This document shows positions 9,129-19,630 of a stretch of 32,000 bases of DNA, piece after piece. Positions within the stretch are counted from its first letter, which is position 1, and each line of letters starts with the position of its first letter. The notes beneath the pieces are model-generated. The model had not been told where the DNA came from. It made no database searches and saw only the letters and a list, made by a program, of their open reading frames with translations. Where the stretch lies: the NCBI GenBank assembly GCA_046350815.1, contig JAXLZO010000001.1:150001-182000 (forward strand). Reading direction: 5' to 3'. The position numbers and the translations under genes are program-made. Origin of the DNA: Candidatus Saccharimonadota bacterium (GTDB lineage: Bacteria; Patescibacteriota; Gracilibacteria; BD1-5; UBA2023).

Positions 9129-10523
9129 ATGGCAACAGATATACAAACGCTCATTACTCACGCAAAGAACAAATGATTTATCTATCAGGGTTCAGAGATC
9201 TATGGTGGTCTTGCAAACTCATGGGATTATGGACCACTGGGTATTCTTCTCAAAGAACAGATCAAGACACTCTGGACTCGAGATCTCATTCAAAAACGCC
9301 GAGACATGGTTCTTCTCGATGCGGCAATCATGATGAACCCTCAAGTTTGGGTTGCCTCAGGTCATGTTGGATCATTCTCTGATCCACTTATGGAATGTCG
9401 AGAATGTCATACTCGACATCGTGCTGACAAACTCGTCGAAGAAGCTCTTGAGAAAGATGCAAACTTCCCAGTGCCTGCAAACTGGTCAGCAGATAAGACC
9501 CCCAATGAAGACTTCAATAATTATATGCAACAGGGACACATCACTTGTCCAAACTGTGGAGCAAAAAACTGGACGGATATTCAGAGATTCAATCTCATGC
9601 TCTCGACACACCAAGGTGTCACAGAGGACTCATCCTCTCTTGTCTACCTTCGTCCAGAGACAGCACAAGGTATATTTGTAAACTTTGCAAATATTGCTCG
9701 AACCACTCGTAAAAAGGTTCCGTTCGGGGTAGCACAATGTGGAAAAGCATTTCGTAATGAAATCACTCCAAAAAATGCAATATTCCGAACAAGAGAATTT
9801 GAACAAATAGAGATTGAATACTTTTGTGAGCCTGGTACTGATGGTGAGCATTTTGAAAAATGGCTCTTAGATGAAGAACAATTTTTTACGCAATCTCTTG
9901 GTCTCACAAAAGAAAAAGTAAGATTTGTGGAGATTCCAGCAGATGGACTTCCTCATTACTCCAAGAGAGCTGGTGACTTCGAATATCTCTTTCCATTTGG
10001 ATGGGGCGAGATATCCACTCTTGCAAATCGTACTGATTATGACCTCAAAGCTCATATGAATCTCTCAAAGCAAGATCTTGCCTACTTTGACCCATTCACG
10101 AATCAAAAATACATACCGTACGTGATTGAACCATCCATTGGACTCTCTCGGCTTACATTAGCACTGATGGCAGATGCCTACACGGAAGTAGAGAACGAAG
10201 AAGGAAGTCGCGTCATTATGAAATTTGCACCCCAAGTAGCACCGATCAAAGTAGCTATTCTCCCCCTCGTGAAGAAACTTTCTGAAAAAGCAATCGAGAT
10301 ATTTAACCTCCTCTCTCCTCATATGCAATGTGAGTACGATGAGACCGGTACCATCGGAAAACGATATCATCGTATGGATGAAATCGGTGTTCCATTTTCT
10401 ATCTGTGTCGACTATGATCATACCGAAGTGGGTGAAGTCACTATCCGTCATCGTGACTCAGGCGAGCAAGATACTGTGAAGATCAATGATCTCATAGAGT
10501 GGCTCAGATCACGAGGCTGTTAG
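9129..10523 (+). CDS. glyQS: Glycyl-tRNA synthetase (alpha2 dimeric type), 464 aa, one in-frame TGA.
   Basis: The ATG at 9129 is in frame with track ORF 9306-10523. The N-terminus HAKNK-G(TGA 9174-9176)-FIYQGSEIYGGLANSWDYGPLG is the canonical GlyRS start. Class II and anticodon-binding regions follow. Confidence 0.93.
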
Positions 10524-10526
10524 AGT

Positions 10527-10556
10527 AAAAAACGAGTCATACTGACTCGTTTTTTT
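10527..10556. terminator. Bidirectional intrinsic terminator between the convergent glyQS and 10564-11115 genes.
   Basis: The sequence is an A-tract, the hairpin ACGAGTCA-TACT-GACTCGT, then a T-tract. Confidence 0.7.
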
Positions 10557-10563
10557 GAAAATT

Positions 10564-11115
10564 CTAGATCTTCTCATCAACTTTCCCTTGAAGTTGCTGA
10601 ACTTGATTGGAAATATATTGACCAATCTCACGAGACATGGGTATTTTTAGTAGCAAAATACTATCTCTACCTCGAGAATATCGATATTTTTGGAACAATA
10701 TATGAATATAAAACTGTTCATAATGAATTCATGGGTAATATACATCCTCAAATGTTCTTATTTCTATGACTCAATACCTCATACAAATGATACGAGTATT
10801 TGTAATTGCATACACTGCTGGCTGAAACCATCACAATAACCTGAAAAAAAATGAGACTCAACATCATATAAAAAATGCTCATACAAATTTGAAAAATATT
10901 TCATAAAAAGAATTATATGTTAGTATTCACATAAAGAACATAACGAATACTGCTGGTGAAAAAGCACAAAAGAGGATAATATATTTCATAGTTGAGTCAT
11001 TGAAAGAAGTCACAATTTTTTCTCCATTTAAAACATCAGAAATCTGTGATGGTATTTGGGAAAGTTGCGGAAAAGATTGAAGTGAAGCTGGAAGAAGTAT
11101 ATCTTGATTATCCAT
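10564..11115 (-). CDS. Hypothetical membrane protein, 183 aa, six in-frame TGA.
   Basis: Track ORF 10927-11115 continues through TGAs to the TAG at 10564-10566 (hand translation, no TAA/TAG in between). It has two hydrophobic stretches (YIILFCAFSPAVFVMFF, FVGAFFIGCGVSFFF) followed by a soluble tail. Family not recognised. Confidence 0.5.
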
Positions 11116-11268
11116 ACATAAATTGTTAAAATCGTTTTCATCCTATCATAAAATCTCTTTTCAAGCAAAAATATCATAATACTTGTAAAAACACATTCAT
11201 CGTCTATTATGAGTACGTCAGCATTTACAAAAATATAGTTCAAAATATTTACTTTCTCTTTTTTCTTT

Positions 11269-12003
11269 ATGCGAAATATTCTCATAGCTCTCATTATTAT
11301 GAGTGGGATACTCGGCACAGGGATGATTGCTCGTGATGCATACAAAAGTCGAATTCTCGACCAAGAAACAGTTCGTGTTACGGGTGGTGCTGAAGTATCA
11401 TTCTCAAGCGATCTTGCTGTATGGCGTGGTGATTTTGAACGATCAGCTGGAGATCTCAAAACAGCCTACAATCTTATGAAAGATGATGAGAAAAAAATTC
11501 GTAGTTTTCTTGAGAAAAACGGTTTCACAGGATCAACTATCAGTATCAATCCACCAACCGTCAACAAAGAGTATAACAACGAATACGGAGCAAACGGACA
11601 AATGACATCTATTTTTGCAGGATACAGACTTTCTCAAAGCGTGAGCGTCGAATCAAATAATGTTGATCAGATTGAAAAGGTATCACGTGAAGCTTCGAGT
11701 CTCATAGAATCAGGTGTTACCCTCTCATCATATACACCATCGTACTACTATACAAAACTCTCAGATGTGAAACTCTCACTCCTCGAGAAGGCAACGGCAC
11801 AAGCAAATGAACGAGCGAAAGTGCTTGCAGAGAACTCACACACCAACCTCCTCAGACTCAAAGATGCAAATATGGGTGTCTTCCAGATTCTTGGAAAGAA
11901 TTCAAATGAGGATTACAGTGAATATGGGACATTCAATACGGATTCGCGCGAGAAGCGAGCAACTATTACCGTGAGAGCAGAATATGTTATTGGCACAAAG
12001 TAA
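11269..12003 (+). CDS. SIMPL-domain (DUF541) protein with an N-terminal membrane anchor or signal sequence.
   Basis: An intact 244-aa ORF. It has an N-terminal hydrophobic segment, and its overall pattern (VTGGAEVSF..., AQANERAKVLAENS..., ATITVRAEY) resembles the SIMPL/26-kDa periplasmic immunogenic protein family. Confidence 0.65.
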   Translation: MRNILIALIIMSGILGTGMIARDAYKSRILDQETVRVTGGAEVSFSSDLAVWRGDFERSAGDLKTAYNLMKDDEKKIRSFLEKNGFTGSTISINPPTVNKEYNNEYGANGQMTSIFAGYRLSQSVSVESNNVDQIEKVSREASSLIESGVTLSSYTPSYYYTKLSDVKLSLLEKATAQANERAKVLAENSHTNLLRLKDANMGVFQILGKNSNEDYSEYGTFNTDSREKRATITVRAEYVIGTK

Positions 12004-12011
12004 AAAATTCT

Positions 12012-12044
12012 AAAAATCCACGCCTCAAAGAGACGTGGATTTTT
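12012..12044. terminator. Bidirectional intrinsic terminator between the SIMPL gene and tilS.
   Basis: The sequence is AAAAATCCACG-CCTCAAAGAGA-CGTGGATTTTT. Confidence 0.7.
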
Positions 12045-12080
12045 AATGTTTGAAGCTATACCCTTTACTTATTTCGAAAG

Positions 12081-13043
12081 CTATCACTCAATCACAAACA
12101 CTCTTGATTGTTTTTTTGTGAGTATGAGCTTCCCTATTTGTTTCTTGGTTCCACCGTCAGCAGTCAATATATATCTCTCGATCTCTGTGATGTTTCCACG
12201 ACTCAATCATTGTCGGCTTCATTGGTGTGCCTTGGAATAGAGATAAGAAATGATGGAGTCTCTTAACGTGCTGTGTTGCTCTTGAAATCAAACCACACTG
12301 AAACCTCTATCTTCTTCAAAATGGTTCTCTTGGAGAAATTTTTCTACCTGTACTTCGATATAATTATTAATATCTTGAGCATATTCTGAGAATTCACTCA
12401 TTTTTCGATCCAATGATGGGTATTTTTCTCGAACCTGTGGAAGAATCTTATTTCGAAGCCAGTTTCTTCGATAAGAAACATCTTTATTCGTACTATCCTC
12501 TCTCCATTCAATACTATGCTCACGAATATAGATAAGGATCTCATTCTGCGAAAGAGAGAGAAATGGCCGTAGGATACCATCTGAAAAGACTTGCATTCCA
12601 ACAAGACCGACAAGAGATGAACCAGACAACCAACGCATCATGATTGTCTCTGCTTGGTCTGTCTGATGATGAGCAGTAACGATGCAAGATGCACTATGAA
12701 TTTTAGCAACTTCACGCAATGTTTGATATCTTGCTTCACGTGCACGAGATTCCAAATTATTCATATTTGAGAGATCGAGGTGAAGCAATTGTTCAAAAAA
12801 TGCAATATCCCGCCCTTCACACCATACCTTTATAAATTCACCATCGCTTGTACTTTCTGGGCGAATCCCATGATTGATATATACAACTATGTATGTGCCC
12901 CTTGGAAGAGTAAGATACGCAGCATGAAGCAAGACCATAGAATCCTTGCCTCCTGATATGGCAAGCAAAAGTGGTGATTCTGAAGACGGAATAATATTAT
13001 ATTTGCTAAGAATATCGAGAAAATATTGTTGCAACTTATGCAT
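12081..13043 (-). CDS. tilS: tRNA(Ile)-lysidine synthase, 320 aa, four in-frame TGA in the C-terminal part.
   Basis: Track ORF 12288-13043 carries the PP-loop LAISGGKDSMVLL. I extended it codon by codon through TGAs to the TAG at 12081-12083. Confidence 0.88.
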
Positions 13044-13359
13044 ATCGACTTGTATTCTGAGGAATATCCGGATTCATTTTTGAATAAAGCTTGTCTATCA
13101 TATCATCACTCGCGACAATATTTCGATTTTTTGCTCAACATTTGATGCACTCATGAATGATCATCCATCCTTTCTTTGAATGAGATTCCAGTCCGATAGC
13201 CCGCATTTCTCCAGCGCAATCACTCGCTCGATCGCCAGGGAATTCAAGATCAACATGAAGTGATGAGAGGCAGTATGGGCAATGGTTACGAGCAGATCAT
13301 TGTGGATGACGAGATACTTTTTGACCACAAAACTGGCAATCAAAAGTGTCGTTGATCAT
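13036..13359 (-). CDS. RNHCP-domain zinc-ribbon protein, 107 aa, two in-frame TGA. Its stop overlaps the tilS start.
   Basis: Hand translation gives MINDTFDCQFCGQKV...G-SARNHCPYCLSSLHVD...GDRASDCAGEM...HECIKCG. It contains the literal RNHCP motif plus CxxC pairs. I counted 108 codons. It is in a different frame from track ORF 13161-13343. Confidence 0.7.
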
Positions 13360-13404
13360 GATAAACATAGAAAATTGAAGATACATTTATGTGAAATTGT
13401 ACAC

Positions 13405-13446
13405 AAAAACAAAGAATGTGGAAAAATTTCCACATTCTTTGTTTTT
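13405..13446. terminator. Perfect 42-nt palindromic terminator downstream of the LRR gene.
   Basis: The sequence is AAAAACAAAGAATGTGGAAA/AATTTCCACATTCTTTGTTTTT. Confidence 0.7.
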
Positions 13447-13458
13447 GAGAGCATCAGT

Positions 13459-16400
13459 TTATTCTTTTGTAATTGAGAATGTTCCACCATTTGATCGGAT
13501 GGTAATTTTCTTGCTATCTGAAGTAACATTATCCTGAGAACCATTCATTCAAGCATTATCAGAATTGAAGTTTTTACTTAGTCATCCAAGTCCAGTATTT
13601 GAAAGATCAATTTGATATAATCTATTGGTCAAATCAACAAAATTGGATGGTAACTGCGTCAGATTTGGATTATTTCCAGCTTGAAGCCGAGTGAGTAATG
13701 TCATTCGTGAAATACTCTCAGGCAAAGATAGAAGATTGTTTTTTCGAACATCGACTGTCTTTATTCATGTCATATCTCCAATGCTATCAGGAAGTTGCTC
13801 CAATCAAACATGAAAGAGTTGGAGACTCTGTAACGAAGTCAGTCCACTAAATGATGCTGGCAATCTCTTTAGAGTCGTTCATTGTTCCCCGAGATCAAGA
13901 GTTTGGAGAGATCGAAGCTTTCCAAAACTCTCAGGGAGAGGATTTGGATTATCTGCTCCAGCGCCGAGACTATTATTAAAAAGGTTGAGATCAGTGAGGG
14001 ATGTAAGCTCTCCAAAAGAGGAAGGGAGTCTCGCAATAGCGTTATTAGAGAGATCAAGTGTACGGAGAGATCACAGATCACCAAAATTCGATGGAAGATC
14101 CGTAAGAGCATTATCAGAAAGATTCAGAACTTGTAGACTCGACATCTTGGAGAATGTATCAGGCAATCGTGAGAGCGTATTATTGTGGAGATCTATCGTT
14201 GTACGATTGAGTTTGTAGAACGAATCTGGGAGTGTCTTGAGATCGTTATCATAGAGCATAAACTCATTGATCTTGATGTCTCCAAAATGATCTGGCAATC
14301 GAGTGAGCTTATTATTATTAAGATAGATAGATACAGATGGCGTAGTATCGACCAAAAAACCATAAGCACAGTTTGCCCATGCCCAATATTCATCCGTTAG
14401 AACATAAGGATATGTTACCCATATTCTATCAGCTGGAGGTTGTGGCGGACAAACATTTATAGCTGTCCCCTTGCGATCGGAGAGAAATCCACTGCCGAGA
14501 TTATCAAGTTGATTGTATTGTAAATTCAGTGTTGTAAGGCTCGTAAAACCAGTAAAAGCATTTGGAAGTGTGGTAAGGTTATTACGATTAATATTAAGAG
14601 TTGTAAGCTTCTCCATGCCACCAAACGAATCTGGGAGAGAGCTTATCTGATTATTAGAAAAATTAATAACTGCGAGCTTCTTTAATCCACTCAGTGGAGC
14701 GGTGAGAGTACTCGGGAATCAGAGAAGTTTGCTGTTGGTGATCGTGAGTGTAACAAGATTGGCAAGTTTACCGAAGTCTGGTGAGAGAGTGAGAGGAACA
14801 ATGTTGTTATTGATAGTCAAAGTAGCAAGACTCTCCATTCCACCGAACGAATCAGGAAGTGAGCTGATTTGATTGCTAGAAAAATCAATCGTCGTCAGTC
14901 TCTTCAGACCACTGAGTGGAACAGTGAGAGTACTCGGGAATCAGAGAAGCTTACTATTCGTGATAATCAGAGTGGTGAGATTTGCAAGATTACCAAAATC
15001 AGGTGAGAGAGTGAGAGGAGCACGATTATCAACAATAGTAAGAGTAGTGAGACTAATATTATCCCCAAAACCAAGTGGTAAGGATTCAAGATCATTGTAT
15101 GAGAGAATCATTGAGGATACATTCAATAAACCAATAGACGATGGAAGATTCGTGAGCTTATTGATACTCAGATCCAAATAGCCAGTGAGATGAAGATTCC
15201 CAAAATCTGGCGATAATGACACAAGTTGATTATTTGTAAGGTTGAGTGATATTAATTGAGAAAGTTGTCCAAAGCGTTCTGGAAGTCTCGTGAGTTGATT
15301 ATTATTGAGAGAAAGAGTATTGAGATTCACAAGTTTTTCAAAATCACTCGGAAGCTCTCGTAATGATCCGTAAGAAAGATCAAGGTAGATGAGGCTGGTA
15401 AGTTGACTAAACGATGTCGGCAGCGAAGTGAAAGCAGATCTAGATAAGCCGTCGCCTCACATTTGTAGATTATTAAGTTTCGGAAGGCTGGTTATAACCT
15501 CAGGAAAAGTAGTAATTCTATTATTTCTATAACTGAGAGTAACGAGCTCGGTAAGACCAGAAAATGATGCTGGCAAATTGCCAATAGAATTATTATCAAG
15601 ATTCAACGTTTGAAGTTTCTTGAGATTCCCTATTCCTTCAGGAAGGGCTGTCAAACCAGCATCAGCAAAACTTAAACTCATTAAATTTTTAAGCTTCCAA
15701 AAAGCATCAGGTATTGCCTTGTTATGACGAATAGTGACGGAAGTAAGTGCACAGAGTTCTCGTGGTCAGTATGCATCATCATTTCCATAATAACCATAGG
15801 CATTGCTCGTCAAGAATGTATTTACGGTTTTTATCTCAGATTCTGTTAATCCACATTCATTATCCGATGTCTTTCCAAACCCAATTTGTAGTGGAGTGCC
15901 ATCTCAAGCACTCCTGATACTCATAAGCTCATTTGGACGACCAATCGTTGGATAAGGACTATTATTGCGCCATACCGATCCTGTTTGCTCAGCATACAGA
16001 CTACCAGAGCTTTCAAAAAGACGAGAGAGATTTTTGAGGCCAGTATTCGAAGAGAGATCAAAATAGTATAGATTTGTATACTTAGTCAACTGATCTGGGA
16101 TATGGCTGATATTATTAAAAGAATAATCAATCGAATGAATTCGAGGGTTCAATCTATCATAAGTATCGTAGTAGTGTCAGTAGTAACCTCAATAGTTAGT
16201 ATTGGTTAGTGATTGACTGATTCGAGTGATGTTATTATGTGCTAAGTTTAGCTTCTTGAGAGATGGAAATGAACACGCTTGCCAGCCACCAAGACCATTA
16301 AGAGCCCAAAATCCACCAGCTATAGTTGTGATCCGATTGTAAGAAAGATCAATTTCGGTCATTCATGAATTCCAGCATCAGACTGCTTGGATGCCCATAA

Positions 16401-19230
16401 AATAAGAATCGTAATAAGAATTTCTGACTTCAAGGAAGTTATGTGAGAGATTGATCTTGGTTACGGATCGTGGAAGTTCCGGCAAATGAGTGAACTGATT
16501 GTATGAGAGATTGAGATCGGTTACTCCTCGGAGTTTTTGTATTCCCGTCGTACTAATATTCGCATTAGTGAGTGATCCACTTGAGAGATTGATAGCACCT
16601 GTGCCAGTACACCATCCATCAGCCGTCCTTGTTTCTCATGTCAGCTCGTTCAGTTTTCGTACTTCAGATCGTTTGAGCTCACAAGCAAGAAGTCATACCT
16701 CAATAGTAATAGCATTAGGACTATGTGTTATCTTTACAGGCGATCCATCTGGAGTCATATCTGACTCATTCGAAGAACTACTCGCATAGTATACTCACTT
16801 TTGCCAGTTACTCGCGAGACTTTTCAGCTGGTTATTTCATGAGAGATTCAAATTCGATAACTTATTTGAAAGTGTAACAATCGAGTCTGGGAGAGTCTTG
16901 AGTTTATTGTTCGCAAGATTCACCGTAAAAGACTGAAGAGTAGAGTATGAGTAGCATCAATAATAAAAATCACAGTAAGAATTATTAACATATATTGGCG
17001 CAGCAAAAAGTGTCGTGAATGTCTCAGGAAAAGATGTAAGTTTGTTGTTAGAGAGATTAAGTGTTGTGAGGCTTTTCAATCCTCAAGTACTACTCGCTCC
17101 AAATGTGTCCGGCAGAGTCGAAAGATTGTTGTTAGAGAGATTAAGTGTTGTGAGTTTCATTAGTCATCCGCCAGCACTCAGACCAAATGCATCTGGAAGT
17201 TGAGTGAGACCACGTCATGATCAGAGCGATGAAGCGTTGAACACACTCAAATTCTTGAGTGATCCAAATGAATCTGGAAGAGCATGAATATCATGCCCTG
17301 ATATATCGAGATAATAGAGACTTTGTAAATCACCAAATGCGCCTGGTAGACTCGTAAGAGTACCAGTATTAGAGGCGTAGAGATATGATAATTTGGATAA
17401 TTTTGTGAAAGAATCTGGGAATTTCTGAAGACGATTATTACTTATATCAAGTATCGTTAATGAATTTTTGATACTGCTATCAAAAATATCTGGAAGCGAT
17501 TCAAGAGGATTATTCGTGAGATAAATAGTTGAAAATCAACGTATGGATCCAAAAGAATCCGGCAAACTCTTCAGATTATTTTGTGAAAGATTTATAGTGC
17601 TAAGTTCATAGGAACTCATTTCACCAAGATGATCACCAAAATGTTCACCGAGTTGGGTAAGTTTTCCATTTTGATTTGTAGCATTGAGATTTCTAAGTTT
17701 TTTGAGATTACCGAATGTATTGGGAAAAGTGCGGAGATAGTTGTTAGCTAAATCAATGTATGCAAGATTTGGAAGATTACCAAGACTCTCTGGAAGTGCT
17801 TCAAGATTGTTATTCTGAAGGGTAAGCGTTGAGAGGCTCGGAAGTCAAGAGAATGATGCCTCATTGATACGTGAGAGTTGTCCATTTTGGGATGGTGCGA
17901 TGAGCGTATAAAGCTTTGGGAGTTTGCCAAAATCATCTGGAAAACCCGTAAGACGATTATTAGTAAGATCAAGAATGAGAAGATTCGACATATCTCCTAT
18001 ACCTGAAGGCAGAGAACTGAGTTTATTATTCTGGAGATATAATATCTGAATATTCGTCAACTTACCAATCGATCCGGACATCGAAGCAATACGATTAGAG
18101 GAAAAATCTAGTGTTCATGAGAGATTGAGATTTCCAAAGGAATCTGGGATAGAATCAATATAGTTATATGAAGCATTGAATGATCCTGAGAGGAGCGAGA
18201 GATTGCCTATATTTTGAGGAAGCTTTGCAAGTCGATTGTAGGTGAGCTGAAGATTCGAGATTTTTGTGAGTTCACCAAATCACTCAGTGAGATCCTGTAT
18301 ACCACTACAACGTGCATCAAAAGATTCAAGATTTTTGAGATTCTTGATCGAATCAGGAAGCTTTGTAAAGGTGCCATATGGCTGACAGTAAGTCGGAATA
18401 GCACTAAGCCAGTCAGCACTACCACCTGTGTAAGAGTAATACCAGTAACCAGTGTTATTAGTATTATTATTTTTCAAATCAATGCTCGTAATTTGAGTGA
18501 GTTCACCAATGCTTTCTGGAAGAGTACTAAATCGGTTGTAGCTTAGATCGAGTTGTGGTTTTAACTTCTTCAACGCTCAAAAATCATCTGGAAGTGTTGT
18601 TAGAAGATTATGATGCAAAGTGAGTGTTTCAAGATTGATCAGTCGACCAATACTCTGTCGTGTTGTACCAGAGAGACTCAATAGACTATTTCTCGATACA
18701 TTCAGTGTGACAAGATTTTTGAGTCGATATACTCCTGTTGGGAGAGAAGAAATACCACGATCTGATATATCCAAAGTAGTTGCGTTACACCACTTGAATT
18801 TATCCCAGTTTCTCACTTCTCGCGAGAGACGATTGAGCTCGGATGCCTGAGCATCATTGAGTCCACAGTCGCCAGGATTACGAGGAGCCTTACAGAGGAG
18901 AACATTATTCTCACCCGTGATTCCGTATGCTACCTTATCTGGAGCACATCAGAGTGGATAAGTAGTCATATTGAGCTTTGTCCTGATCTCATCGATAGTA
19001 ATACACTTAAGTTTGTATACACCGCCAGTCAGAGTGTATCCCATAGATACAGAATCACTCGGACACACATTGATAGCTCAACTGAATAATCAAGCGATCG
19101 GAGCGTTAATCTGAGAATTTATTGGTTGTGCTACACTTGGAGTATCAAGAGCAAATACAGATGTGTTGATAAACACACTTGCAAGGAATCAAGCAAGCAA
19201 ACAAAGAGAACGAGAAAGAGATTTTATCAT
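13459..19230 (-). CDS. Giant secreted multi-module leucine-rich-repeat protein, 1923 aa, 33 in-frame TGA.
   Basis: All LRR-bearing track fragments (14071-14616, 14941-15330, 15457-15681, 15904-16152, 17845-18081, 18280-18573, 18577-18816) share one frame. I scanned every triplet in all gaps between these fragments from 13459 to 19230 and found 33 TCA (TGA) and no TTA or CTA. The start ATG at 19228-19230 is preceded by an in-frame TAA. The N-terminus is signal-like (MIKSLSRSLCLLAGFLASVFINTSVFA). Dozens of LxxLxLxxNxLxxLP repeats follow, broken by Cys-capped linkers. Confidence 0.85.
14608..15052 (-). repeat. Tandem 222-bp (74-aa, three-LRR) duplication inside the LRR gene.
   Basis: The 26-nt core GTGAGAGTACTCGGGAATCAGAGAAG occurs at 14702 and at 14924, exactly 222 bp apart, with clearly similar flanks. 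The conserved core includes an in-frame TGA. Confidence 0.8.
17042..17154 (-). repeat. 84-bp (28-aa) tandem LRR unit with an identical 29-nt core.
   Basis: TTGTTGTTAGAGAGATTAAGTGTTGTGAG occurs at 17042-17070 and at 17126-17154. Confidence 0.8.
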
Positions 19231-19238
19231 ACAAAAAA

Positions 19239-19622
19239 TTAATCAACTTCATTACAAATCACTGCACCAGTAGAACTAAATCCAACCAGAAAATTATTTA
19301 TCTTGCTCGGATCACATTCTTTGTTTTTGATATTATCACGCGTAGTTCCACTCAGAACCTTATCTTTAAACTCAATAATTCACATACAGTTTTGTGTAAT
19401 GCCAGAGCTCATACTACCAGTATATCCAAGAGCTACTCCTGTAGAATTACAGTTTTGAAAGAGCGAAGTAAAATGTGTACTGAGTGTACCACCAGTTGAT
19501 TCACCGGTTGGAGTCTCTGGCCAGAGACTCGCAATATCATCAGCAAATATCCATGTACCTGATACTCAGATGAATAGAGTCACAGCACTCAAGAGAGTAG
19601 TGGAATTGAAATATTGTTTCAT
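19239..19622 (-). CDS. Small secreted four-cysteine protein, 127 aa, two in-frame TGA. Paralog of 19631-20011 and of the LRR protein N-terminus.
   Basis: The ATG at 19620-19622 is followed by a signal-like MKQYFNSTTLLSAVTLFIGVSGTWIFA. The mature part is ...FQNC-NSTGVALGY-...QNC-...KEC-...LVGFSSTGAVIC. The stop is the TAA at 19239-19241, 8 nt upstream of the LRR gene ATG. Confidence 0.65.
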
Positions 19623-19630
19623 ATAATTTT

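Noticed and set aside
14600-17200. Regularly spaced direct repeats that could suggest a CRISPR array or satellite.
   Set aside because: The repeat periods (222, 84 and about 72 bp) are multiples of three, lie inside one open reading frame, and encode LRR units. There is no repeat-spacer architecture.
13882-19499. Several plus-strand ORFs (13882-14136, 13985-14218, 14873-15181, 16499-16789, 17015-17203, 18214-18546, 18620-18850, 19179-19499).
   Set aside because: All are antisense to the continuous LRR gene or the small secreted-protein gene. The repetitive Ser/Arg/Leu-rich sequences are mirror images of LRR codons.
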